Assembly: GCA_046563655.1 (NCBI GenBank)
Contig: CM102287.1
Span: 3,782,001 to 3,846,000, forward strand
Reading direction: 5' to 3'
DNA from: Yuukianura sp. NJ FZ-2021
Lineage: Eukaryota
Length of the DNA stretch: 64,000 bases
Part shown: one piece after another, positions 27,004-41,115 of the stretch
How the letters are laid out: the number at the start of each line of letters is the position of its first letter
How positions within the stretch are numbered: position 1 is the stretch's first letter
The notes under the pieces: generated by a model
The model's input: only the letters and a program-made list of their open reading frames with translations
The model's database searches: none
What the model was told of the DNA's origin: nothing
Made by a program: the position numbers and the translations under genes

Positions 27004-27809
27004 TACTCGGTGACCTTTGATCTTGAAATTTTTTGGAATTTTTGAAAGTTTAAACACCGGACATCACTTTTTCAAAATTTCAACGCTTTTCTGAAATTTC
27101 AACTTTAAAGTTGTCTTCCGTGATAAGGTGTTCTGGTCCTAAAATTTTATGGTGACTTTAAGGGCCCTTCAAGTCCTCGTTTTTGTCTTCACAGTTTTGT
27201 CAACAACTTTGTCACCAATTTGTCACTTTTTAGTAAAAGATTGACACAATTTCAAAATTTTGACAATCCGTGGCAAAATTTACGTAATTCGACTTGGATC
27301 GTTTTAAATTGTCACAGTTTTTCTACAAATTGCAAAAATTTGTTTTGAAATTGACAAAATTTGGTTTAAAATCGGCACATTTTTTCAAATTGCTCAAAAT
27401 TCTTGTACGTAATGACACAATTTAGTTCAAAAACAAGCAAAATTACTTCATTTACAAAATGTCACAGCTTGTAACTTTCTCCACTTTCACTCAACACAAC
27501 TTTCGGCTATTGTCACTGCAACTTTTTTTAAAAACTGAAGTTCCTCAGCTCGTAAGTGAGTCGGAGGGCCCTTAGCCGGTACTTAGGGGCCCTTAATGTC
27601 TCTCCTGAGTTAGGAGCAGCAGGAACTGTGCGATGAGTTCTAGCCAAAGTTCAATTACAGACTCCCCCTCTACTAACCTAATGTTTGTTCCATTTGGAAT
27701 TATTGCTTTTCTGGGCAGTGGAGGGGAGACACAAAGTTCTGAGGGACCAAACACTTTGACTTAGCTTCCTCTGCTGCAGTACTTTGCATCCTACGGACAT
27801 TTCGGCTAG

Positions 27810-27883
27810 CTCCGCCTCTCCATTCGGTCGCTCCGCCTCCTTCGTCCACCGTCGCCACCAACGGAATCGCTTGATACAAGTCG
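27810..27883 (-). promoter_or_regulatory. Upstream module of the inv-like gene: CGACTTGTATCAAG-N8-TTGGT-N12-CGAAGGAGGCGGAG plus a second GAGGCGGAG
   Basis: Paralogous match to 9844-9895. Lies ~810-880 bp 5' of the ATG. Confidence 0.65.
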
Positions 27884-30800
27884 GTGGATCCACAAAAGTG
27901 CTGGAAGAGTGGTTGCTCAAAAGTGAATGCTTAATGGAGATGATGATGGAGCAGAAATAGGCACAAAACGAACAGAGAAGTGTGAACACATCAAAAATAG
28001 AAAAAAAGAGAGAATGAGGATGAGCAGATGCTGCGTTTTCGTTTATTGCTTTTTTGTGCTGATCTTTTATCTTCCAAATCTCCCAAATTTTCACTTTTTT
28101 CGTTTTTATGAAATGATTTGTGAAACTGAACAATTTGATTTTTTTTTTGTTAAGGCAAAAAGCCAGTTACAATTTTATTTTCTGCAACTTTGACTTTTGT
28201 TAATTTCGAAAACAGGTCAAATGATCAATCCTTGTGTTCTTTTTTAAAATTTTGAACGAAAATTTCGAAAATGTTTTTTGAAAATATGTAAAGTTGGAAG
28301 TAATCAGTCTAATAGAACAGATGGAATTTGGACAGAGTTTGTCTAATGGTTCTTTTCACTTTGCCCAAATGATTTCTCTTTCAATTTTCACTTTTAACGT
28401 TAAAAGTTTTCACTTTTCACTTTTCGCCTGCTTTTACTTTCACTTTGTATAATCTCCGCTCTGCTTTGAATTCAAAATCAGAAGTCACCCTTCTCTTATG
28501 GCTTTTTGGAAATAAATTGAATTGGAATTCTTGGCTCATCCTGAGGTTGGTCGGGGAATCGAATCCTCGCTGCTCCAAAATATTTCTGGAAAGAACATTA
28601 GTGGCTTTTCGAAACTAGATTTCAGGTTAAGCCAAAAACGTAACTAACCTAACCAGAATCCTAACTAACCTAATCCTACTTGAGAATTCAGGAACAAGGT
28701 TTCCCGGATTTTCAATAAAGGCTAATGGAACTTTTACTCTAAAAAGTGAACTTGAAGGGAGACAGGTTAGGTTGAAATTAGGTTAGTTAATACAAGTTAG
28801 GTTAAGGAAAGTAAAAGTAAGTAATGAAGCCAAAAGAGAACAAACGGCAGTTGATTTTGAAAACTCTTTTTCTCTATACTTTCTCCCAACCGTTATTTCC
28901 TTTTTCCCGAAATTGGATTCCTGAAATGCCTTTCCGCTGACACCAAAGAAAACATTTTTCTCCGCTGACTTTCCCCTGTTTGTGACTTTCTCCGGTGACT
29001 CTTCCCCCTTTGACTCTTCACTTGATTCCACCCCCCCCCCCTCTCTAACCCCCTCCCCCCTTCGATTCAATTTCTGAATCAAGTTGAGTCGAAAATTGAC
29101 TCAAGCCGAGGATTCTATTAATCCCTTCCCACTTTTCTCGTTTTGGCTGGAATTCGGGGAAGTTAAACCTAAAGGAGACAAATTCCGATGTCAACAGTTT
29201 CATTTTCACCCAAACACTAAACATTCCACTTTACTTTCAAAAAAGAGAAGTTTTCAAAAGAAGTCTGACTTTATTAGCTGACGAAACCTAACTTGTAAGG
29301 TAGTAGAACTATTTTAGTTTTTAAAATTTAGAACACAAGTTAGGTCAAATTGACCTTTCACCTGGGAAAGTTTTTTGGCGGGAAATGAATTGAAAGTGAA
29401 AGTTTCAATTTCGAAGTCAATTTTAGAAAATTGCTTTCTCTTTCTGCCGTTCAGTTTTTTATCGTGACGTTTCTCGGCTCAAAACAAAACAAAATGTTTA
29501 GATCGCTCTAGGGCAAGTAATACAGGTGAAAGCAAGGCCTATCTCTGTTTTTTTTTTTTTGTAAAAATTTTTGAAAATTTGGAAAATTTGAAATTTGGGT
29601 TTTGGCGCTTTCCAGAGCAGTAATTAATCAAGGTGCGGAGTGTGACAGGTCAGAGAGGTCATGATGCGCTGAGAGGTTTTTGGTGAGAAATGGGAGATCA
29701 AAGGGGGAAGAATTCCTTTGATGTGCTGATGCTCCATCCATCCTTCTCTGTCACTTCTCCGTCTTTTATTTTGAACATTTTGTTTGAACAGGAATTTAGA
29801 ACAGAATGTGTTTGAACAGAGCATTAGTCAAGTGGAACACTACTCACTGCTAGTGGGGGACAATGGAACATCAACCAAAGAGCACTTAAGGGGTGACAAC
29901 ACCAAAAGACGCTCATCTTCACACGTACTCAACAAACAAACACTACCTTGAGTGCCAATTCCGAACAACATCAACTGCCACGCCTCAACTATTCACTTTT
30001 TACCAAAAAAAATGAATTACATAATTCACTCTTTTCAAAATTTCGAAAAACTCATTTTTTCAAAAATGATTCTCATGACAGTCCTAATTCTTAGATACAC
30101 CGAACTCTCCGTTTTACTGAATTTGTCACAGTTTTTGTAGAAAGTTCTTGGAGAAAGTTGTGGATTTCTGCATTTTAGTTTAGACTTTGCGAATTTCTCC
30201 AATTTTTTTCTTCTTTTTTTTTGAACTTTTGTGTACTGATGTGAAATACGATGCTAGTTTTTTGAATTTGGCGAAGTTTAGAGAAGTTTATGAGGTGCAA
30301 GTTGATTCCAAAATGGTTTTTGTAGTGTCGTGACCTCAGTTGACCTCTGGCTGAGCAGCAGTGGGTAGAAGGCATAAGGAGGAATGTTGATTGGAAGAGA
30401 TTTGTTTTCCTTTGGATTGCAGAAGGGGTGAACTTTTAAATTTCCATTGTGTTGGTCAAACAAATGAAAATTGGGGGCGCGGGCAGGGCGGGTGAAATTG
30501 AAATTTTTGTATTTGGTTCCAAAAGAGATGAAGGGCGGAGGTTGTCTTTTCACAATCATTTCCCAATCACTAAATTATAACATCCACAAGCCACAATCAA
30601 TCCACTTGTAAGCTATTACAGTTTGGCCAAAATGTTAGGCTAACCTGAGTTAGTTTAGTGGCTCATCGGCTGATTGTTGTTGATTAATCGACCTTTGGCT
30701 GCCTTTGGAGGAAGTAACTATCAATTTGGAGAGACAATTGGAAGTGTGATGATGGCTAATCATCTTTTGAGTCTAGAACAAACAATAGACACCCTTAATT

Positions 30801-31740
30801 TATGAACAGCTTCAAGGAAAATGTTTTGAAACTCACTCTGAGAAGTTTGAATTTGTTTGCTCTCAATTTTCAAAATCTAAACTATCATCACACGATTCAA
30901 AACACACGCCTTTGCACGGTGGCGGTGGGTTAAGGTGGGACGGTGTGAATTAAAACGTGTTTTTATGGTGCCGGTGGGACACGCCGAAGGTGGGACGCTA
31001 CAATCAAAAATGTTGATTTTCCAAACCAATAATTTCCAAAAAGTTAGTCACGCCGTCTCTGTTGTTCTAATCGATTCATTTCGAATTTTAGGTCCAAAGT
31101 TTGATCTTGATTGATATCTCAACTACAAAATGTAAAACTGTAAAAGAAAAGTTTCCAAATTTCAAAAATTCAAAATTTCAAAAAATTCCAACAAATTTTG
31201 AATCAGAATCTGAGGCATAAGATAAACTATTTGTAATTTTTGTACATACATTGTGCATTTGTTCCTTTCTTTTAATGGTTTTGAGGCTATGAGCTTTTAA
31301 AACTGAGCGAGGAAAGTTTTTACTCCTATTTTGAAAATGAAACTGAAAATTTCGAAGTGTAGGCGTGAGAAAATTTTGGTTTTTTGAAATTCCGAAAAAC
31401 AGAAAATAACAAAACCTGGTGATTATTGTGGCAATTGCATAGCAATGGTATAAATTTTTAGTGCAGCTTTATGAGACGCTGATGATGATCATGATGATTT
31501 TATGAATCAATTGACCTTTGACCTTTTTGCGGTACTTCAGGTGAGGTAGGCTTTGTGTAAAAATATTTATTAGTAGTATAACTATTTATTGTTGACCGTT
31601 TTACTATTAGATTGTCGTTGACAAACAATTTATGATCGCAGGAGCCATAAACTAAACTTTCCCACAGGTAAGAATACAAAAAAACAACAACTTAAGACTC
31701 TCCCCACTATTAAACAAAGGTTCAGCCACCACAACAGCTC

Positions 31741-31838
31741 AAATTTTCAAACAGGTCAACGCCAAAGGTCAACTTTTCAAACAGGTCAACGCCAAAGGTC
31801 AAATCTTCAAACAGGTCAACACCAAAAGGTCAACTTTT
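31741..31838. repeat. 3 x 30-bp minisatellite with six AGGTCA hexamers
   Basis: Unit ttcaaacaggtcaacgccaaaggtcaa(c/a)t(t/c) in three copies. Confidence 0.9.
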
Positions 31839-33702
31839 GTTGATGAAAAAGGCCAATTTTTGTTGCTAATTGCAGTTACATACTTGAGCAGGAAAGTCCT
31901 AATAGAACAATGGAAGCTTTTAGGCTAATTGCAACTTTTCAGTTATTTATCAATCAAGACTGTCAGCAGTTTCCCATCACGAACTAACTTTGTGCAGTTG
32001 GAAGTGTTAATTAGTTTGATTGTGATTTATACTAAGGTGAGTCAGGTATTTACCTCCAATTAACTACTAATAAACATAAACAATCAAACGCTTCCTCCTT
32101 TCACACGCTTTTTAGTCCTTATAGACAGTGCTATAAACAATTTACGGTCATTATGAACTTTTATGCTCATTTCCTCCACTTTTTAGCTCTTTCATTTCAT
32201 TTGCTCAAAAAAGTGACCAAATGATCGTGATTTTCAAAAAAATAAAATTGCCCTCATCACCATTTCAGTTTCTCATCAACTTGATCATTTCCTGGCATTG
32301 TTCAATCTCACTCAAGGGTGAGGATGATGAATTTTCAAAAAAAAAAAGTTCAAAAAAGAAGTGAAACAGAAAAGTAAAAATTTCAAAATTTTGAATTTTG
32401 AAATTTTCTTTCCCAAAATTTAACCAACGGAAGAGTACTATGTTTGCGGGAAAACTAAAGCCTTTTACAAGAACATAATTTAAAACCGGAATTTTATTTT
32501 CAAATGGAGGCGGAGCTATCCAAAGTTTACAAAATTAAAAAAAAAACTGCAACGCGCTTAGGTATGTATTATGTATTCAGACATGAATTCCAAATTTTGA
32601 ACTTCTTTTTGAAAAAAGTTGAAAAATTGAAAAAATGAAGGAACGAATTGGAGAGGGAATGATTTGGACGGATGATTTTGCTCTTCACTGACAGTAGACA
32701 TCTTATAAGATGATGATGAGCGTATTCTGTAGTGTGTTGCGTATCTCAATTGAATTCATTTCCATTGTTAGTTACTCCCTCCATTGTTACTCTTTTTTTC
32801 ACACAATCAAGGTGTTGATGACTGTTGGAAATCAGGGATTGGTTGTCTCACAATTTCAATTCTTATTTTCCCCTTGATGGAATGATGGAAATGACAAAAT
32901 GAATTTCCATTATAACTCCATTCCCTCTTGATTGCCATTCTCTATTGTTCTTTTCACACCTTCGCTACTTCACACCACCACCGCAATTTCAAAAAAAGTT
33001 AGAAAGAGATTTGGAAGAGAACAATGCAGTTGTTTTTGAATTTTACGATTAGAATTTCTAGCATTTTATTGACTGTTTAATTCCTAAGAGATAAAGGTGT
33101 GACATGGACATTAAGTGGATTCTTTAGTCAGTTTCAAACAAGAAACTGGACACGACTATTATAAGAGCGTGTCATGAACATTTTTGAATTTTTAAATTTT
33201 CCCGCTCTGCCTGTAATGCTTAAGTTAGTACTAAAATGGAGGATCGATGGGTGCAGCAGGGTGGCCTTGATGTCAGGATGATTTTTCATAGTCGCCCTTC
33301 CATGAACTAAAAACAGCGGGATACTACCAAGGGTATATTCTTAAGGGCCCCCAGGGCCCTTGGACTTTCAACAACTTTTTTCATTTCAAAATGCTAAACT
33401 TTGAAATTTTCAAAAAAGATTCAGCCAGCCACTGGCTGGCAGCCACTGGAAAAAAATTCTGGAAAAGGTTGTCTACTTTTGTGCAATATTCCTAAAGTTC
33501 CGCAGTAGATTGGGGTGATTGATTTACAAAGGGAACTCAATAACTGTGGTATGTGGTTAGTCGAATTGAGTAATTGAGTTGTGAGCGAGAGATTTCAAAA
33601 TTTTGAACTTTTTTTTTCAAAATTTGGAAACTTTTTGAAAAATAAAAAGTTTTTGGCATGACAACAACTATGGCGTCGTTGCAAAGTTTTTGTTGAGCGT
33701 TG

Positions 33703-33717
33703 GTCGCCACCTAGCGA
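33703..33717 (-). promoter_or_regulatory. Candidate CTCF-type site upstream of alpha-tubulin
   Basis: The minus strand reads TCGCTAGGTGGCGAC, two mismatches from the insect CTCF-type consensus CCGCTAGRTGGCGCC as I recall it. Confidence 0.4.
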
Positions 33718-33978
33718 CGGCAAGTTTTATTTTTTCTGCTTTTTCGACTCGCCACGTCCTCCGCCGTCTCCATCTTGGAAGTTTTGCTCTCTTTCCTCCT
33801 CAGTCGCGTTTTAGTGCTCCTGTTGTTCAGACCTTGTACAGTCGAAGGACCTTGACCTCTTCGTTTCTTCAGCCACCAAGTGACCCCTGATCACCTAGTC
33901 GTCGTTATTTGACCGGGAGGGCATCACTTTACCTCAACAAACGCTTTTTAAAGATTTTCGTCCTCCAACACCTCCAAT

Positions 33979-35921
<1,943 letters not shown>

Positions 35922-38159
35922 AGCAACAAGCTCTCAACGTTTTCAAAAACTACAACTTCATTTTTCATTTTCAAATTATTACGATGCTCAAATTCTCATT
36001 TACTAAAGTATACTAGAAACGGAGCGACAAGAGCCCGACAATCTGCAAATTTACTTGTATTTCAAACATTTTTCAAAGGAGCATTTCAATTAAAATCTTA
36101 AACATTCCTGTCATTTTGTTTTCTAGTTTCTTTTTTCTTGTTTTCTCATTTCTGTTTTTTGTTCTGGTTTCTGATTGTAGAAAACTGAGTCATTAGATTC
36201 CTTTTCCTTATGATTTCATTATTGACTTTTGACGTGACTTTGACTAGACATTTTTTCGTGTTCTAAAAAAGTTAGTCTGTTATTTTCAGCGCCTAGTTTT
36301 TAGTTTGGATTTGAGCCACGCCCTCTTGGAATGTAAGCAATTTATTATTACATGCTTTGAACTCCACCATCAAGCCATAATTCAAAGCTCAATTTTCTTT
36401 TCTAACCTTGCAGGAAGTCCAAAATACAAGCTGGAATTGGAAAGTGTTAGGAACAGGGCGTGGAGGTTCCAGAAAATCAAAAGTTGGAAACAACTTTCTC
36501 TCTCCTTTCACTTGCTGCGGTGATCCAAATGATTTGGAAAAAAGGAAAGAAAAATTGGATTTCTTTCTTTTTCTAAAAAAAACTCATTTTCTACAACGTC
36601 TTTCTCTCCTGTGTAATTTAACGTTTCCACTAACATAACATACTACACCTTCATTTCTTAGAAATAGTGTGTTTTTTTTGAAACTGCAATTTCGAAAAAA
36701 AAGTAAGATGAAATCGTTGGAAAAAATCTTACTTTTCCTTAACACGCAACATCTTCAATCATTCCAATAATGCAGACATTCTCATTTCCAAATTGAGATG
36801 AAAAAATGAAAAGATTTCCAAAAAAACTTGTTTTGAACAATCATAAATTCAAAAAACTTTTCACTTTTCAAAGACTCATGTTTTGATTTGATTTGTTGAT
36901 TCTCAGCGACACAAAAAAGGAACACTGTCGTTTTTCTGAAAATGAAAATTTTTCTGAAATGTAAGTAAAAGTTTTTTTTTTCGTTAATTCAAATTCCAAA
37001 ATGTAATTAATTAACTAAAGTTCTTTTTATTTGAAATTCTTAGAATGCAACACGATGGGCGAAGACTAATGTGCGTTGGGGTGAGATTTGTCAAGTTTTT
37101 GTGTAATTCAGACTTCCTGGAGCAGGACCGTGGAATTCCACGGTGTCACCCTCCGTGTCCACGGTGCATCCTAAAACCGTGGAGGGCGTGGATGAACTGA
37201 TGCTGTTGGGGAGAGGGTGAATTGATCCAATTACTCTAATAGCTTGGACATAAGGTCAGGCATTACATTTTCTGATTCACAGAATCCCTAGCTTTATGTT
37301 AAAAGTCATGACACTCAATTGTTATGCTAATTTGAATCAATTTTGGAAATTTTGGTCATCTTTCAGAAAATTTTGGTCATCTTTTACAAAATCCGAATGA
37401 TGTCAAGCGGGGTCCCTAAATCTCGGAATTTGTGGACAGCAGAAGCTTCTCTTTTCTGGATTTTCTGAAAACCTGAATTCATTTTCTTGTTTTTTGAAAA
37501 ACTGATGTCATTTTCTGGATTTTGTGAGAAACGGATGTAATTTGGAGCGAAACTATCATAAAATGGAGCTGTGAAAGTTATGAGAAGGATGTTACCCGGG
37601 AGTCGTAAAAAACCCGGGTATTTTCCCGGGTGAAAATGAGAGGATGAGCCAGATTGTGGTAATAGTGGTTGGTAGTGGTGGTGACAATTGTGGTTTGGAC
37701 AAATGGATGTCCCAGCGTCATTGTCTACCATGTCATCATGAGGATCCACAAAAAATGGCGTCATTTTCAAAATGTCGTTTTGAACAAGGCTGCAAGTGGA
37801 ACCGGGAAATGTTTTTGATGTTTGAAGCGCCAGATGATCCTAATATCATTTTCTGCTCAAAATGAAATCTCCAATCCTCAGATAACTCAGATGAATTGAC
37901 AAGATGGCGGCTAATTCAAAAAGGGCGGGTAAAAAGTTTTTGCCGGGAAAAGTCATTGACCCCGGACAGCCAATATTGGCCAGTTTTGACCAGAAGTGAT
38001 TCATTATTCACCAGCATCCGTTTCCTTGGTAACTTCTGCACGGTAACTGCGTTACGGGTAAATTAACTTTTTAAATTCTTAATAATTATTAATTAAGTAT
38101 TAATTAAAGTTAACTTTTGGTAATCAGTTGACTAATTAACTAACTTTTGTTTTTGTTTT

Positions 38160-38228
38160 TTAGTGAAAGTGATTGCCTAAATCCTTACATCTGTAAAGTC
38201 CGTTCGGGAACTCCTCTTCGGAGGATAT
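38160..38228 (-). pseudogene. Diverged duplicate fragment of the 3' end of the Cys-rich gene
   Basis: Encodes SEEEFPNGLYRCKDLGNHFH* versus SEEDFPDGLYRCKELGNYFL* at 38369-38307. The adjacent AT-rich flank is also duplicated (~38063-38159 vs ~38240-38306). Confidence 0.7.
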
Positions 38229-38306
38229 TACAAGTAAAGTAACTTTTTTAATTCTTAATTAAAGTTAACTGTTAATGATTAATTATTGACTAATTAATTA
38301 ACGTTT

Positions 38307-38851
38307 TTAGAGAAAGTAGTTGCCTAACTCCTTGCATCTGTAAAGCCCGTCCGGGAAATCCTCTTCAGAGCAAATGCCTCTAGCACAGTAGTAGTCCCGC
38401 AGTGACAGAAGACGAGATCGTGTCAACTCTGTCCGTCCAAGGTCCAATCCCTGGTCAATGATGAACTCATCCAGCATGTCATCGGCTGGCCAGCAAGGTG
38501 ACCCCGGTTGAATAAGGCACAGGCGGATCCCGTTGTTATAGAAACCGTCAAAGGAGCAACTGAAGTTCCGTGCAATGCCGTCCGGGAATGTCACAGGTTC
38601 TTTCCCACCGCAGACACACATCTTCGTCCCACTAAGAGAAACCTCGCCGGATATTTCCTCAACGGTGTCCACACACCGAAATCCAGGACCGTTCCAACAC
38701 TCTTCATCAGATTCTGCGTTTCAAAATTTAAAAAATTTTTTGAAATTGAAATTTTAAGGGTTGTCTTACCACAAACGAAGTAGCCGTCACATGATCTCGC
38801 CTTTGTTTGGTCAGTGACCAACAGCAATGTCAGCAGATAGATGACAATCAT
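38307..38851 (-). CDS. Small secreted cysteine-rich protein of unknown family, ~162 aa, 12 Cys
   Basis: Exon 38851-38770 (MIVIYLLTLLLVTDQTKARSCDGYFVC, hydrophobic signal-like N-terminus, gtaag donor) joins in phase 1 to exon 38713-38307 (ESDEECWNGPGFRC...YRCKELGNYFL*) across a 56-nt GT-AG intron. No family recognised. Confidence 0.75.
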
Positions 38852-39719
38852 GCTGGTGCTTTTCACTTTAGTTTCAACTTGACCTTTTGACTTTTGACCC
38901 GCCAAAAAAGTTACCTTTTAGCCTTTGAAAAAGTAAACTCGATGAACTGCTGTTTTCAATTTCATCAGGAATTTTTCGGATTTTCAACAAGTAGAGTTTA
39001 TAAGTTTTGTAGGGTTGGTTTCCCTTTGCAATAGCAACACGTGACTTGTTAGTTTTGTTTTTTGAAAATTCCTGTTACATGTATTTCCAAAAAAGGTTCG
39101 TGGTTTCAAAAATTCAAAACGCTTTTCGAAATTTTTTCGGTTTTTTCATCAATGTCGTTGCATAAAACTTCAAAATCTTGCTTGGTTGTGGGGTGACATC
39201 CGGCGGTCGTAAATTGAGAACCAAAATTCAAAATAGCGCGAAATTCAAATCTGGGCTTAAGTAAAACACACTAACAACATCGCATACTGCATGCCCAAAT
39301 ACTGGGTATGGGCGGATATTAAAATATGAATTTAAATTAAATGGAACATAAATAATTGTATTTAATAATTAATGCATGGTAACATTATAATAATTAGTTT
39401 TATAGTGAAATTATAGTAATTAATATTTAGAGTAATTGGTGAAACAGTTTAGTCTATGTCCAGTCATGATAGCGAGAAAGAGATGTAGTGGAGGGGAAAG
39501 TTTTTTTTTTTTTACTTTCCACGCGCTTTTGGCATTTTGTGTCTGTCATTCTCATTCATTCTGAATCATTCATCAATTAAAAGCTTATCGTTAGTTAATT
39601 AGGTTAGGTTATTAGGCTTTTACCTAATTGATAATTTTAACGATTGGTTGTAGTAACGTACGCTATAAAGGTGGTCACTGGATAAACTAAACGGGAGAAG
39701 CAGGTTGTAGCATTTGAAG

Positions 39720-40913
39720 ATGGATTTTGCCAAGAAACAATTACTGAAATATGGGTGGAAAGAAGGTAAGATTTATATTGCGTTTCTAAACTTGATTTGT
39801 GATATGATTTTTGCAGAAGTTACTGCGAAGCGAAGTATGGAACTTGCTTGTTAATTGAATGTTATTTTGACAGGGGAGGGTCTTGGAAAGGACGGGAACC
39901 AGGGAATAGCAACAGCGTTGAAGCCGAAGTATAAACTTGGAAAAGAAGGAATGGGATTTGACATGTCAAAGGAATTGGTGGATACATGGTGGACCAGATC
40001 GTACCAAGACTCACTTTCCAGAATAAACATTTCATCGGTAGAGGCTTCAACCTCTTCACATCAAGAAGAAGACGAAGGTGTTCGAGTGACCTTTGTCCAA
40101 GATGAATCTGGGGGAGATGAAATGTCAAAAATGAGACGAAGAATGATGAAATCTAACTTCCGAGAATTTGCAAAAGTGAATATTTTAAGATTTTTCTTTT
40201 GCTTAGCTTTACCACCGGTGTTCTTTTGTTATTTTCTGAATTTCCAGATTTGATACAAATGATAAATAAGTTGACTCTTCGATACTTCTTGAATTGTTTC
40301 AGGGTGCTGTACTGGACAATGGAATGATGGTTGAAGACTCAGACTCAGAGACTGATAGCGGAATTGCTACGCCCGGATCCTCAACTTCTACCTCAACTAA
40401 CATGTCAGATGAAGATTTATTTAAAGCCTGTGGTGGTAGAACTGCGCACAAGTGAGTTTCTATCGATTTTTATCTAAATACTTCTATCAAACTGTCCAAA
40501 CTTGAGATAAATGATAAACTAATTCTTAAATTTATCATTCCAGAGCTGCCAGGTTTGGTCATAAATTGAGTGGTAAATTAGCTCGGATCGCTGCACAGGA
40601 GCAAGCCGAACTTGAAGCATTTCAGCACAATGTAAAATCCAGTAGTACGAATCATTCTAATACTCAAGGTGTCAAGTCGTCACGTAAAAAGCGTTCGCAC
40701 GATGTGGAAGTTGAAGAGGAAGTTTTGCATGTCACCAAAGAAAAGAAGCGACGGAAGAAAAGTTCTAAGCATTTTGAAGTAGAAGAAACCTTGGTAGAAT
40801 CCAGTTCCAGCTCCGTCGCGATCGGTATTGTAGAGGATATGGACCATGAGCCAAGTTTCGACGAAGAAAAGCGACAGAAACGTAAAAAGAAATCCAAAAA
40901 GTCGTCGAAGTAG
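39720..40913 (+). CDS. GPATCH4: G-patch domain-containing protein 4-like, 4 exons, ~288 aa
   Basis: Exons 39720-39765, 39874-40175, 40303-40451 and 40544-40913. N-terminal G-patch MDFAKKQLLKYGWKEGEGLGKDGNQGIATALKPK...GMG, a WW motif, the SDEDLFKACGGRTAHKAARFG motif and a Lys-rich tail. Confidence 0.9.
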
Positions 40914-41115
40914 CCAATTTTAGCGTATGTGTGATGCATCCAACAAATTCTTCTCAATTACTAACTCAATTAGTTGAAAGTACCATTTAATTGAATTATA
41001 TTTTTATTTTTTAGTCAAATTAACTTCCAGTTGATCATGTTCAATAATAAGTTCAGTTTCGCATGCAGAAGCTTCAGTGAAAAATTCACGGCGCGATTCG
41101 CTACCGGTACCGGTT

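Noticed and set aside
28640..28805. TTAGG/CCTAA-rich patches (also ~13050, ~53285-53350, ~58015-58040, ~61040-61090) as interstitial telomeric repeats
   Set aside because: They are highly degenerate, mixed in orientation and never form a clean (TTAGG)n run.
37384..37865. Overlapping 128-aa (-) and 73-aa (+) ORFs
   Set aside because: No domain signal or consistent splice partners. The region is explained by local word patches such as CCCGGG.
39284..39312. Small hairpin between the Cys-rich gene and GPATCH4, as an ncRNA or Helitron 3' end
   Set aside because: Only an ~8-bp stem, with no CTRR terminus and no tRNA or snRNA features.
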